A stretch of 64,000 nt of DNA from Elusimicrobiaceae bacterium (GCA_045593745.1 JAZNXF010000012.1:21575-85574); one strand, 5' to 3'. Positions 9,452 through 19,945 are shown, numbered from the stretch's first letter. Notes: generated by a model not told the origin, from the sequence alone. A program made the numbers and translations.

Positions 9452-10348
9452 ATGAATTACAAAAAAATGGTAAAGAAAATAATGTGTGGAGTGTTGGTGT
9501 TGTTTATTGGTATACCTGTGGCGGCCCACGAAAAAAAACATTCCTTTGAGGTTGCGTATGAAACATCCCATTATGTATACCGGGAACCGCATATGCAATA
9601 TCGGATGAAACTATCCGGACGAAAACATGGGGTCAGTGCGGTTTATACCATGCGCAGTATCCTGTCGGAGAATTACGATGAAAATGATTCCAGTTTTGCT
9701 TCTATTGGGTTTCGGTGTATGACGGGAAATGTAAAGTATACTGGTTGGCTGGTTTACAATGACGGAAGTGTAGAACCAGATTCCTCGGGGGGATTGTCTG
9801 ACTACTATTTAGAGGCGGATATTAAACTGGGAAAGCGGTATAGGTTGTCTTCCTTATGGTCTGTAGATCCTTATTTAGGGGTGGGCTGGAGAGAACTGCG
9901 AAATGACTTAGGGCCGGAAGAAGAAGGGGGGTATAAGCGGACACAAACTTATGTGTATATTCCCTTGGGAACGCACCTGAATTGGAAAATGTCCGAACGT
10001 GTATCTTTGGCGTTTAACGGCCAGTTTGACTGGATGGTGCATGGAAATAATAACTCCGGCCTTGTCGGGGGGTATCAGGCATATAATCGTGATTCTGTCT
10101 CTTTTCGCCAGGGGCAAGGGTATGGCCTTCGTGTGAGTGCAAAAGCAACTATGGATATGGGGAAAATCGGTTTATTTGTAGAACCATTCTGGCGGTATTG
10201 GCATATTCAAAATTCAGAAAAACAATATTATGATCTTCACTACATAGATGATGAAGGGGAAGAACAAATTATTGAAAATTATGGGTATTACCAGGAGCCG
10301 TTTAACACAACGCAGGAATATGGGGTGCGTGTAGGTATTACATTTTAA
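9452..10348 (+). CDS. Outer-membrane beta-barrel protein (autotransporter-like barrel)
   Basis: Signal peptide, alternating aromatic strands, C-terminal YGVRVGITF; start chosen after GGGAG. Confidence 0.65.
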   Translation: MNYKKMVKKIMCGVLVLFIGIPVAAHEKKHSFEVAYETSHYVYREPHMQYRMKLSGRKHGVSAVYTMRSILSENYDENDSSFASIGFRCMTGNVKYTGWLVYNDGSVEPDSSGGLSDYYLEADIKLGKRYRLSSLWSVDPYLGVGWRELRNDLGPEEEGGYKRTQTYVYIPLGTHLNWKMSERVSLAFNGQFDWMVHGNNNSGLVGGYQAYNRDSVSFRQGQGYGLRVSAKATMDMGKIGLFVEPFWRYWHIQNSEKQYYDLHYIDDEGEEQIIENYGYYQEPFNTTQEYGVRVGITF

Positions 10349-10365
10349 TAGGTAACAAAAAATAG

Positions 10366-10392
10366 AAAGCCCCTGCATGTAGGGGCTTTTTT
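10366..10392 (+). terminator. Rho-independent terminator
   Basis: AAAGCCCCT-GCATGT-AGGGGCTTT followed by T-run. Confidence 0.8.
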
Positions 10393-10450
10393 GTGTCTCA
10401 TAATATAGTACAATAAACTGTACACCGTTTGGGAGGAAACCTAATTAAAC

Positions 10451-12091
10451 ATGGACACAGTCCAACAACTTGCCGGTGCTGTTAGCACTTTTTTTACAAA
10501 CCCATCATTAGAAAGTTTGTATGACGTAATGAATCAGTTTAACGCCCTTGTTTGGGGGCCGCCGATGATTTTTCTCCTATTGTTTTTGGGAATTTATTTT
10601 ACGGTCAAACTTCGTTTTATCCAAAAATATACTTGGCCGGCTATGAAACTTTCCGTTGCCAAGGCCGAAAGTGAAGGCATGGTAAGCAGTTTTGGTTCGC
10701 TGGCGGTGATGATTGGGGCCACGGTGGGAACGGGCAGTATTATTGGCGTAACTACCGCTGTAGCCGAGGGCGGCCCCGGGGCTTTATTTTGGATGGTGGT
10801 AGCCGGGTTTTTTAACTTTGCTATTAAATATAGTGAGTGTATGGTGGCCTTTAAATACCGGGTGCGCCTGCCGGACGGCGAATATGTGGGCGGGCCGATG
10901 TATTACCTGTCCAACATTTTAAAAAATAAATGGTTAGGGATTATTTTCGCCGTAGGTACGCTGCTGATGGGTTTAACGGCCGGAAGTGCCTTACAGACCA
11001 ACTCTATTGCAGATGCGTTGCGCGAAGGATATAATTTAAACCCTTGGTATGTAGCGTTGGTGGTAGCAGTGGCTACGGCGGTGGTGGTCATTGGCGGGGT
11101 GAAACGTATTGCTTCTTATTCGGAATGGCTCGTGCCGATTATGGGCGGGTTATACCTGCTTATTGCGTTAATTGTGCTGATTATGAATGTTACTCACATC
11201 CCGCATGCCTTGCTTACCGTGCTAAAAGGCGCGTTTACGGGTAAAGCCGCCGCTGGCGGGGCTGTGGGTATTGGAATTATGGGAATTGTGCAAGCCATGA
11301 TTCCGGGTGTTACCGCCGGGGTAACGCGCGCGGTACTGGCTACGGAAGCCGGCCTTGGCAGTGCGTCTATGGCGGCTGCGGCGGCGCGTACACGCAGTGC
11401 TACGCAGATGGCTATTGTATCGGCTACATCCGTGTTTTGGGCTATTTTTATTTGCAGTTTAACCGGTATGGTGATTGTGCTAGCCGGGGATTATACCAAC
11501 CCCAACGTCTACGCCGCTAATTTGTGTAACAGTGCGTTTAAAACTGTGCCATATATAGGTACGCCTGTTTTGGTGTTTTCCCTGGTGGTGTTCTCATTTA
11601 CCACGATTATCGGCTGGGGGTATTATACAGAAAAATCCCTTCAGTTTTTATGCAAAGGGTCTAATGCCCTTATCAAACCTTCACGCGTGTTGTTTATTTT
11701 ACTCGTGTTTGCGGGGGGGATTATTGGAACCAGTTTCTCTACGGATTTGACGGTGGGGGAATCGGCCCTGCGTACTGCCCAGGCCAATATGTCTACGCGG
11801 TTTATGTGGGCCTTGGTCATTTGTACTATGACCATGATGACAGTTCCCAATATATGGGCATTGTGGTGCTTCCGCAAGATAATCCGCAAAACGACCCGGC
11901 GGGACTTACGTGCCCTGGTCGGCAAACAGGCCTGTTTAGCGCGCGCTGCCAAAGCCCGGGCTGAAAAAGCGGCCCGCAAGGCCGCAAAGGCCGCCCAGCA
12001 AGCCGATAAGGCCCGGCAAGCGGCAGAAGAAAAAGCAGTAGAACGCACCGAACTGGCCGCGAAACGGGTGCATAAAACCAAAAAGAAATAA
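10451..12091 (+). CDS. Alanine/glycine:cation symporter (AgcS/AlsT family)
   Basis: GATVGTGSIIGVTTAVAEGGPGALFWM, EAGLGSA motifs; Ala/Lys-rich C-terminal tail. Confidence 0.92.
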   Translation: MDTVQQLAGAVSTFFTNPSLESLYDVMNQFNALVWGPPMIFLLLFLGIYFTVKLRFIQKYTWPAMKLSVAKAESEGMVSSFGSLAVMIGATVGTGSIIGVTTAVAEGGPGALFWMVVAGFFNFAIKYSECMVAFKYRVRLPDGEYVGGPMYYLSNILKNKWLGIIFAVGTLLMGLTAGSALQTNSIADALREGYNLNPWYVALVVAVATAVVVIGGVKRIASYSEWLVPIMGGLYLLIALIVLIMNVTHIPHALLTVLKGAFTGKAAAGGAVGIGIMGIVQAMIPGVTAGVTRAVLATEAGLGSASMAAAAARTRSATQMAIVSATSVFWAIFICSLTGMVIVLAGDYTNPNVYAANLCNSAFKTVPYIGTPVLVFSLVVFSFTTIIGWGYYTEKSLQFLCKGSNALIKPSRVLFILLVFAGGIIGTSFSTDLTVGESALRTAQANMSTRFMWALVICTMTMMTVPNIWALWCFRKIIRKTTRRDLRALVGKQACLARAAKARAEKAARKAAKAAQQADKARQAAEEKAVERTELAAKRVHKTKKK

Positions 12092-12114
12092 TACCGGTTA
12101 GCGGATTTGGCTGT

Positions 12115-12151
12115 GCACCCTGCTGTTTGAGAACTAGCAGGGTGCTTTTTT
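12115..12151 (+). terminator. Rho-independent terminator
   Basis: GCACCCTGCT...AGCAGGGTGC followed by T-run. Confidence 0.75.
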
Positions 12152-12308
12152 ACCGTCAATCACTGTATGGGGTAACTTTAAAAAAGTAATAGAATAGCAC
12201 TTAAAAAGTTGTGTGTCAAGGGTGATTTTAAAAAGTGCTTGCGGGGGGGCGTGCAAATTAGTTTTAATGAAATGGTAGGGAGTATAAAACTAAACAGGAG
12301 GAGTATTC

Positions 12309-13559
12309 ATGAAGAAATTATTAGGCGTGTTGCTAGTAGCCGTGATGTCTTGGCCTACCAGCGCAACTGTTCTAAAGAATGTGGAAGTAGTCGGCGAAAT
12401 CCAAACGATTGCGTCTGACGTGAGACACCAAATTGATGACAATCTGGGAAACCCCCAATACAATTCTGGTGCCTGGACACGTGCTATGGCGGGGTTGTCT
12501 GCTGATTTGGTGGAAGATGTAACCGTCAATTTACTGTTCCAATACGGTTATGACTGGGGAACCAAAAACGATGAAGGGTACGGTTTTTCTGGATCCAGCG
12601 TACGGCTTGTAAACGCCAATGTCGCTTTACATAACCTGTTCTGCGCATTTGATTTAACCGTCGGCCGCCAATTTTATGGCGATGAAGATAGCGCAGTAAT
12701 GTATATAGGGCCGAACCACTACAACGCCGAAACGGGTATGTATGCCAGAGCGTTGGATGCGGCCAAACTTACCTATGCTGATGATGTGAAATCCTTCACG
12801 ATGATTGCCGGTAAAATGGCTTTTGGCGAAAAAAATGCCCTCTTTGAAATTGATGAAAAAGCCGTGCTGATGGGGGCTGACTTTAGATATCATTTCACGG
12901 ATGCTTTAATGGCTCAAGTGTATGGGTACAATGTGAACAATCAACGCGCTGTTGTTAATGGAACAGAAATCCTGCCGGATGATGACAACACCAATATTGG
13001 TTTCTACGGTGCAAAAGTGTCCTTTGCGCCGGAAGCATTTCGCGCCAGTGCCGAATATGCCCGCAACTACGGCGGACATCGCTTGATTAAAGAGCATAAC
13101 CCGACCGGGCACATGTTAAAAGCGGATATCGCTGCTGACATTAAAGCCGTAACTGCCCGCGGTACCTTCTTGTATGCCAATGAAGGGTTTGATGCATTTG
13201 GTAACTATACTCCCAGTTTGCTCGTTGGGCATATGTTGGGCGGCAACATTTGGAACTACAGTGATGACGGTGTGCGCATGTTCAACCTCGGTTTTGACGT
13301 AAAACCGACTGAAAAATGGACTGTATCTTTGGACGGCTTTGCCTTCCAAGGCAGCCGTGGCCACCACAGTGCCACCTGGGAGGCCGATTTAACCACCAAA
13401 TACGCCCACAATCAATATGTGGAACTGTTTGCCGGTATCGGCTATGCCAAGTATGGAACTGAATCCAACAATGGAAACAACATTTCTAGTTTTACCAAAG
13501 CGGCTATGGAACGTGCTGACAACGTCAAAGGCCAAGTCGGTATGTTAATTAAATTCTAA
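12309..13559 (+). CDS. Outer-membrane porin-like protein
   Basis: Signal peptide, beta-strand pattern, C-terminal GMLIKF. Confidence 0.6.
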   Translation: MKKLLGVLLVAVMSWPTSATVLKNVEVVGEIQTIASDVRHQIDDNLGNPQYNSGAWTRAMAGLSADLVEDVTVNLLFQYGYDWGTKNDEGYGFSGSSVRLVNANVALHNLFCAFDLTVGRQFYGDEDSAVMYIGPNHYNAETGMYARALDAAKLTYADDVKSFTMIAGKMAFGEKNALFEIDEKAVLMGADFRYHFTDALMAQVYGYNVNNQRAVVNGTEILPDDDNTNIGFYGAKVSFAPEAFRASAEYARNYGGHRLIKEHNPTGHMLKADIAADIKAVTARGTFLYANEGFDAFGNYTPSLLVGHMLGGNIWNYSDDGVRMFNLGFDVKPTEKWTVSLDGFAFQGSRGHHSATWEADLTTKYAHNQYVELFAGIGYAKYGTESNNGNNISSFTKAAMERADNVKGQVGMLIKF

Positions 13560-13716
13560 TTCAATTAGAAATGAATACGCCCCCCGCCTATGAGGCGGGG
13601 GGTTTTTGTTGCACAACAAAAAAGCCCAGGGCGCAAGCCCGTGGTAGTTTACCTTGTATTATAGGGCGTAAAAATCCCTCGGTGTAAGCCGAGGGTTTTA
13701 ATGTAACTTGAAGTTA

Positions 13717-14880
13717 TTATTTGTAAAACAAAGACCTAAATTCAGCGGTTTTGTTAATCCCTTTAAACAGCCACCCTTTTTGGTTTTCGTCATATAGGGC
13801 TTCGGTATTTTTAAAATGATGGGCTAATGCCTTACGTAGTGTAGCATACATGTTTTTGCGGTCTTTTTTGGTGGTCCAATAAATACCGGCTAGATGAATA
13901 TACGGGGCGGGGACGGAAGGGTCCAATTCAATAGATTTTTCAAAATCCTGCTTGGCGGCGGAAAAATCTTTCAGCAAGGCCTTTACATATCCGCGGTCAT
14001 TATAGGCCTCTGCCCAGGCGGGGTCCAGGGAAAGGGCTTGGTTATAATCTGCCAGTGCAAGTTCAAGTTGGTTCATTTCTTCATACACCTTTCCCCGGCG
14101 GTTGTACCAGTATGCTTCCGGTTCCAATACTAAACTGTAGGTGAAATCCTCCAAGGCAGATGGTAAATCATCCATTTCTTTATAGGCATCCCCGCGCATG
14201 CGGTAGTATTGTGCATCGTCAGGGGCGCGGTTAACCGCTTTGCTGTAAGCGGAAATGGCTTCATCCTGTTTGCCTTCTTGTTGCAAGAGCCGCCCTTGCC
14301 AGGCGTAAAATGGGGCCGAGTCATCCCCTTTCTTTTGCAAAGATGCTAACAGCGTGCGGACATCTTCAAAACGGTAGGCACGCAGGGCAACCGGCACTAT
14401 TTCCTGCAACAGGGCAAGGTCTGCCTTTTGCCAGTGGTTTGTATATGTTTTGTAATCTTCCAACGCCGGAACAAATTTCCCGGTGGCATTGCCTACCCGG
14501 GCGCGTTCTAGATAAAAATCCATATAGTCCGGCTTTAAAGAAATGGCTTTTGAAAAATCCGCCAGGGCCAGGGCGGGTTGGTTCATGCGGGTATAAGCAA
14601 GGCCCCGCGCAAAATAGCGGAAGGCATCCGTCGGGCGCAGGGAGACCACTTTATTATAATCCTTAATGGCCTGGGGATATTTTTGCAACGCCATATAGGC
14701 ATCCCCCCGGCGGTGGTAAGCCCCTACATGGCGGGGGGATTTAGTAATTAGTTGGGTAAGTAATTTTATTTGTTTGGCAGGGTCCGTTTCTTTTTTGGCA
14801 CGCGTGAATAGTTCTGCCGTCGTTTGCGCTCCGGCAGATAATGCAAAACCCATACAAATTAAAAATATAAGAACCCGCAT
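13717..14880 (-). CDS. Secreted tetratricopeptide-repeat protein
   Basis: Signal peptide; repeated AYxxRGxAY...A..DY..A..L.P units. Confidence 0.9.
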   Translation of the reverse strand: MRVLIFLICMGFALSAGAQTTAELFTRAKKETDPAKQIKLLTQLITKSPRHVGAYHRRGDAYMALQKYPQAIKDYNKVVSLRPTDAFRYFARGLAYTRMNQPALALADFSKAISLKPDYMDFYLERARVGNATGKFVPALEDYKTYTNHWQKADLALLQEIVPVALRAYRFEDVRTLLASLQKKGDDSAPFYAWQGRLLQQEGKQDEAISAYSKAVNRAPDDAQYYRMRGDAYKEMDDLPSALEDFTYSLVLEPEAYWYNRRGKVYEEMNQLELALADYNQALSLDPAWAEAYNDRGYVKALLKDFSAAKQDFEKSIELDPSVPAPYIHLAGIYWTTKKDRKNMYATLRKALAHHFKNTEALYDENQKGWLFKGINKTAEFRSLFYK

Positions 14881-14887
14881 ATCTTTA

Positions 14888-15622
14888 TTAAACTATATAT
14901 TTAAGTAAAATTACAAAATAAATATTTAGTACCAGAACCAATCCCCCTATTATATAACATACGATCAAACACAGCGTACTAAAAAACCGTAAATTTAAAA
15001 ATACGGCTCCTGCCAAGGTGGCTTTGCCGGCAAACAGTTTGCCCAGTTGAACGGTCCGGCCGGACCATTTACTGATTTTAGAAAATAAAACGGCCCTTAC
15101 CGCAATAGCAGTTGCCCCGGCAATTAGTAAAAAAACGGCCCTTGCCAGGCCTGTTTGAGAGGGACGGAAACCGGCAATGGTTTCGTGGATACTGGCTCGT
15201 AAAACTGTTTTTGCCTGTTGCCTGGATAACCCGGCAGGCAGTTGTGCGGCCTTTTCTGCCGCGTAGGATTGCACCCGGTCTAGCACTTCTTCAATAAATT
15301 CACCCCAATACACACATGCTATGCGTACCGCCAGTATGGCAGTAGTAACTAAAGAATACCCTAGCGCACATAGGGCATAGAACAGCACTAACAATACTAT
15401 AGCGGCCCATTTCCAAGCAGAATGCCATCCGAAAAATAAAGTAAATGACGTAACATACGCCGACAGCATAAAAACGCCTATTGCGGCGGCAAAATGCGGC
15501 AGAATATATTTCCGCAGGGAAATAAGCAAATTTGCAAAGGATACCTCAAAAGCGGTAACTACCGGCCCGGTAAGGGGGGCTCTTCTAACCGGGATGCGGG
15601 GCATGTTAGTGTGTATGGCCAC
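14888..15622 (-). CDS. Hypothetical membrane protein
   Basis: 244-aa ORF with about 4 hydrophobic segments. Confidence 0.7.
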   Translation of the reverse strand: MAIHTNMPRIPVRRAPLTGPVVTAFEVSFANLLISLRKYILPHFAAAIGVFMLSAYVTSFTLFFGWHSAWKWAAIVLLVLFYALCALGYSLVTTAILAVRIACVYWGEFIEEVLDRVQSYAAEKAAQLPAGLSRQQAKTVLRASIHETIAGFRPSQTGLARAVFLLIAGATAIAVRAVLFSKISKWSGRTVQLGKLFAGKATLAGAVFLNLRFFSTLCLIVCYIIGGLVLVLNIYFVILLKYIV

Positions 15623-15751
15623 AACAACATTCTCCGCAACACGTGTGCGTGTGCCCTTTTTTGCAGGAAGGAATTTTGTCAGAAACTTTGACCATTTTCC
15701 CTAATTTTTTATCATAAATATAAGTACCTGTGTGAGAAGGCATACTTCCTC

Positions 15752-16951
15752 CTAGTTATTAAATTTTTCTAAAAACCAACGGATGACCCAGCCCGGCTTA
15801 TAGTCAATAATTTTGTTGTTATGCGGCGTGTAACTGGCGGCCGGGGCTAAAATTTGTTTGTCACGCGGTAAAAGCGGGTAAAGGTAATCCGTCACAACTT
15901 CTATATTAGGATACCAGAGGTTATGTACTTTTTTATCAATCCAATGTTGTAACCCCAGGTTAGGTAAGTTAAGCCCGGCCGAGGCCGCCCAAAATACGCT
16001 GTTGACGGCAATAACATAAAGAGGAAATTCTTGCTTTAATGTGGCCAAGAGTTGCCAAGTTTGGTTAATGGATAATTTCTTGATGTCTAGTTCTATATAA
16101 TTCGGGTTATCCAGCGGGCCGCCTTTGGTTACGCTGAGTACCCCGTATCCTTTTTCTATAAGCCCTTTGGCCAATTCCTGCATGTGCGGGTACACATAAT
16201 TAGAGCCGCGGGAATCCAACTGTAAAAATACAATGCCCTTTTTACCAGTCATCTGTTGGCGTACGGCGGTCAAGTATGTACCCACTTGTTGTGCCATTTC
16301 TTTAGCAAAGTACATTTTAGGTGCGGGAATTTCCGCCGGTACCGGCAAACCAAACGTATCAAACAAACTAGCAACCCGGTGGCGGATGTGCGTGCCGTAC
16401 TGGTAGTAAACCGGAATCACCAAAAAATCATCCGGCACGTCTTTTAGGGCGGCGGAATAATCGTAATTTTCCCAAATAAGCGGGTGGCGCATTCCCTGAA
16501 AATAAAACACTTTTTCAAAGTGCGGGTTTTCTTCCAGCAGGTTGCCTACAAGGGGGGAGTTATTACGGTCAAATTGCGCCCCTACATATCCGTAAAAAGG
16601 CAAGTCCGGGTATTTGTGCTTAAGTGCTTCAATCACCGGCGTGGTGTACAAGTAATCCCCAATACCCATAAAAAATACAAAGGCAAATCCCTTTACTTGC
16701 TTTGTTGCCAGGGCATTATCTAAATTATAATACACATGTTCGTGCAAATAAAGCGGCCGGCGGATATGGTACCATGCAGGGGTAATTTCGGCATTTTGTG
16801 CAGCGTTGTTTTCCGGGCGTTTATCAAAGCCGTACCATAGGGGGGTGGCGGGTTCAGCCCAGCCCAATAATTTGTGTTTGCACCAACGGGCTAGTTCGTA
16901 CCCCACACAGATGGGGCGGTGCGTGCGTAAAAAAGTGTGAAATGGGGTCAT
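15752..16951 (-). CDS. Glycosyltransferase family 9-like protein
   Basis: FMGIGDYLYTTPVIEALKHKYPD resembles the heptosyltransferase N-terminus. Confidence 0.55.
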   Translation of the reverse strand: MTPFHTFLRTHRPICVGYELARWCKHKLLGWAEPATPLWYGFDKRPENNAAQNAEITPAWYHIRRPLYLHEHVYYNLDNALATKQVKGFAFVFFMGIGDYLYTTPVIEALKHKYPDLPFYGYVGAQFDRNNSPLVGNLLEENPHFEKVFYFQGMRHPLIWENYDYSAALKDVPDDFLVIPVYYQYGTHIRHRVASLFDTFGLPVPAEIPAPKMYFAKEMAQQVGTYLTAVRQQMTGKKGIVFLQLDSRGSNYVYPHMQELAKGLIEKGYGVLSVTKGGPLDNPNYIELDIKKLSINQTWQLLATLKQEFPLYVIAVNSVFWAASAGLNLPNLGLQHWIDKKVHNLWYPNIEVVTDYLYPLLPRDKQILAPAASYTPHNNKIIDYKPGWVIRWFLEKFNN

Positions 16952-16968
16952 GGTTTTTTCTGCAGCGG

Positions 16969-17439
16969 TTAAAATTTGAGACCGTTTTTAAATTGCTTTT
17001 CCATATCGCGGTTTAAGTCCTTTTTCTTCAAACTTTCGCGTTTATCGTAGGTGTGTTTACCTTTGGCCAGGGCTAGTTTTAGTTTAGCCCACCCATTTTT
17101 AAAATATACTTCTAACGGAACCAATGCGTACCCTTTTATTTCGGCTTTGGATTGTAATTTGCGTAACTCTTTTTTGGTAAGCAGTAAACGCCGCGGGCGG
17201 GTGGGGTCCATTTCCACCATAGAGTTAAATTTGTAAGGTTTTACGTGCATTTGGTATACACTTGCTTGTCCGTTTTCCACGCGCACAAAACTGCCTTCTA
17301 ACGAAAGTTCCTTCTGGCGCAGGGATTTTACTTCTGCCCCCAGCAGTTCCAATCCGGCCTGGTAGGTATCTTCAATAAAATAATCATGGTATGCTTTACG
17401 GTTGGTGCAGACCACTAAAACGGATTCTTGTTTCGGCAT
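16969..17439 (-). CDS. smpB: SsrA-binding protein
   Basis: NRKAYHDYFIEDTYQAGLELLGAEVKSLR, KGKHTYDKRE; start at ATG 17439. Confidence 0.96.
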   Translation of the reverse strand: MPKQESVLVVCTNRKAYHDYFIEDTYQAGLELLGAEVKSLRQKELSLEGSFVRVENGQASVYQMHVKPYKFNSMVEMDPTRPRRLLLTKKELRKLQSKAEIKGYALVPLEVYFKNGWAKLKLALAKGKHTYDKRESLKKKDLNRDMEKQFKNGLKF

Positions 17440-17495
17440 ATTTATATTATACAAAAAGACACTGGTGCGCTCCAAAAGTAGTAATATATAAGTAT

Positions 17496-18878
17496 ATGAT
17501 AATTCATGATGAACAAATTTATAAGGCCCTGGAAGAAGGGCGTTCTTATACGGATGGGGATGTTACCCGCATTTTAACCAAAGCGCGCGAATTAAAAGGT
17601 ATTTCGCTGGAAGATGCCGCCGTGCTGCTAAACCTGACGGACCGCCGCCTATTAGACCAATTATTTGAAACGGCCAAATATATTAAGGAGCAAATTTACG
17701 GCAACCGCATTGTACTGTTTGCCCCGCTGTATATTTCTAACATTTGCACCAATGAATGTATTTATTGTGCGTTTCGTAAATCAAACACCACGCTTAAACG
17801 CCATGCCAGCACACGTGATGAAATCCACCAAGAAGTAACCGCCTTGCTACAGCAAGGCCATAAACGCATTTTAATGGTAGCGGGCGAAGCGTACCCCGGC
17901 GGCACATTACAATATGTGTATGACAGTATCAAAGCCATTTATCAAACTACCTGGAACGGCCAAAATATCCGCCGGGTAAACGTCAATATTGCGCCGCTTA
18001 CGCTAGACGAATTTGCCGAACTTAAAAAATGCGGCATTGGTACGTTTCAGGTATTTCAAGAAACGTACCACAAAGAAACCTACGAAAAACTCCACCTGGC
18101 CGGGGCCAAAAAGGACTATCAGTTCCGTTTAGACGTAATGGACCGCGCCTTACAAGCCGGGATGAATGACGTAGGCATTGGGCCGCTTTTGGGCTTATAT
18201 GACCACAAGTTTGAAATTTTGGCTACGTTACAACACTCCTGGTATTTGGATAAAACCTACGGCGTGGGGCCGCATACAATTTCCATTCCGCGCATTGAAC
18301 CGGCGGAAGGGAGCGACTTTAGCAAGCACCCCAACGAAGAACTCACGGATGATGAATTTAAACAATGCGTAGCGGTACTGCGTTTGGCGGTGCCGTACAC
18401 AGGTATTATTTTAAGCACGCGCGAACGCCCGGAAATGCGTAACGCCTGTTTAGAGTTAGGCGTGTCGCAAATTTCGGCCGCCTCCCGTGTAAATCCGGGG
18501 GGATATTCTTATGACAAACAAAACGGCAGCCAGTTTACCCTTACCGATGACCGCACGTTAGCGCAGGTGATTGAAGCGGTGGTAGATGCCAAGCACATGC
18601 CGTCTTTCTGCACCGGGTGTTACCGCCTGGGGCGCGTGGGGAAGGATTTTATGGATATGGCCAAACCCGGCCTTATTAAAACCCACTGCCTGCCCAATGC
18701 TATGTTTACGTTTGCCGAATATTTGGAGGATTTTGCCCCGCTTGCGCTCAAGCAAAAAGGGTACGCCCTCATAGAAAGCACAGCCAAGGAAGCATTTGCC
18801 GAAGGGACACCCATCAAAAAAATGATTGATGAAAATTTGGCAAAAATCAAAAACGGCCAGCGCGACTTGTATTTTTAA
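17496..18878 (+). CDS. hydG: [FeFe]-hydrogenase H-cluster radical SAM maturase HydG
   Basis: FAPLYISNICTNECIYC radical SAM motif, QETYH, C-terminal PSFCTGCYRLGR and CLPNA; start at ATG 17496. Confidence 0.88.
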   Translation: MIIHDEQIYKALEEGRSYTDGDVTRILTKARELKGISLEDAAVLLNLTDRRLLDQLFETAKYIKEQIYGNRIVLFAPLYISNICTNECIYCAFRKSNTTLKRHASTRDEIHQEVTALLQQGHKRILMVAGEAYPGGTLQYVYDSIKAIYQTTWNGQNIRRVNVNIAPLTLDEFAELKKCGIGTFQVFQETYHKETYEKLHLAGAKKDYQFRLDVMDRALQAGMNDVGIGPLLGLYDHKFEILATLQHSWYLDKTYGVGPHTISIPRIEPAEGSDFSKHPNEELTDDEFKQCVAVLRLAVPYTGIILSTRERPEMRNACLELGVSQISAASRVNPGGYSYDKQNGSQFTLTDDRTLAQVIEAVVDAKHMPSFCTGCYRLGRVGKDFMDMAKPGLIKTHCLPNAMFTFAEYLEDFAPLALKQKGYALIESTAKEAFAEGTPIKKMIDENLAKIKNGQRDLYF

Positions 18879-19034
18879 CAAACACCTCGTTGTAGCCCCC
18901 GGCCAAACACCCGGGGGCTATCAAATAAATAAATTGAACTGTTTGTGGAGTGGTTTAAAACGCAGTAGGTGATCATGTGTTTGCCCTGCCTTGTAGGGGC
19001 CGTTTTGCTCCGTAAGATTTAGTATAATATTGCT

Positions 19035-19595
19035 ATGCAAGTAAAGATAAATATAGATGGCGGCTCGCGCGGTAACCCCGGGCCAGGTGCATCTGCTTAT
19101 GTAATTTATGATTTGAAAGGGAGTATTCTGAGCCAGGAGGGGTATTTTATGCCGCATTGTACCAATAACCAGGCCGAATACACAGCCCTGAAACTGGCCC
19201 TTATTAAATGCAAAGAACTGGGGGCCACGGAACTATTTATTGAGGGGGACTCTTTGTTACTGGTGAAACAATTTACCGGACAGTACAAAATTAAAAACCC
19301 GGATTTGCAAGCCCGCATGCAGGTTATCCGCCAACTGGCACAAGGGTTTACCATTCACATCAAACACGTCCTGCGGGAGTTTAACAAAGCCCCCGATGCG
19401 CTTGCCAATAAAGCCATGGATTTAAAACAAACCATAGGTTTTAACCCCATTACATATTTACCGCAAGATAGTGAAATTTTGGGTACTGCCGCGGCAGACA
19501 ACCGTGTCAATGGGGTGGAAGTGACCCCGGTGGTGCGCAAGAACAAAATAACCCGCAAGCCAAAACCTGTTCAGAACAGTTTGTTTGATTTTTAG
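19035..19595 (+). CDS. rnhA: Ribonuclease HI family protein
   Basis: IDGGSRGNPGPG, TNNQAEYTAL, GDSLLLVKQ, NKAPDALAN. Confidence 0.88.
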   Translation: MQVKINIDGGSRGNPGPGASAYVIYDLKGSILSQEGYFMPHCTNNQAEYTALKLALIKCKELGATELFIEGDSLLLVKQFTGQYKIKNPDLQARMQVIRQLAQGFTIHIKHVLREFNKAPDALANKAMDLKQTIGFNPITYLPQDSEILGTAAADNRVNGVEVTPVVRKNKITRKPKPVQNSLFDF

Positions 19596-19606
19596 TATAA
19601 TAAAAA

Positions 19607-19929
19607 TGGTAGCCAGATAACCGCTCCCGGCTAACTTCAGCGCAGGGGGAGGAACTTCCGGACTCCACAGGGCAGTATGCCACCTGAAAGGGTGGGCTGG
19701 CGTTTTTTCTTTTTTTCGCCAGACGGAAAGTGCCGCAGAAAATAAACCGCCCGCAAGGGTAAGGGTGAAAAGGTGCGGTAAGAGCGCACCGCGCGCAAGG
19801 TAACAAGCGTGGCAGGGTAAACCCCATACGGAGCAAGGCCAAGCCGGTCCACAGGTGCCCGCCTTCGTGACCAAGTAGGCCGCTTAGAGTAATGGTTATC
19901 CACGACAGAATCCGGGGTACCGGCTACCA
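19607..19929 (+). ncRNA. rnpB: RNase P RNA (type A)
   Basis: TGGTAGCC/GGCTACCA P1, GAGGAACTTCCGGACTCC, GGAAAGTGCCGCAGAAAA, GGTAAACCCC, GAGCAAG, ACAGAATCCGG. Confidence 0.93.
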
Positions 19930-19945
19930 CATTTTCTTCTTTTTC

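Noticed and set aside
10350-10450. Glycine riboswitch expected upstream of the AgcS symporter
   Set aside because: Only a terminator and a short AT-rich promoter region; no GGAGA/CCGAAG/CUCUCAGG motifs
11930-12091. Ala/Lys-rich tail on the symporter and the long antisense ORF 11641-12159
   Set aside because: Low-complexity extension; the antisense ORF is a by-product of codon bias
17496-18878. hydG without neighbouring hydE/hydF
   Set aside because: Maturase genes are often dispersed; nothing else unusual locally
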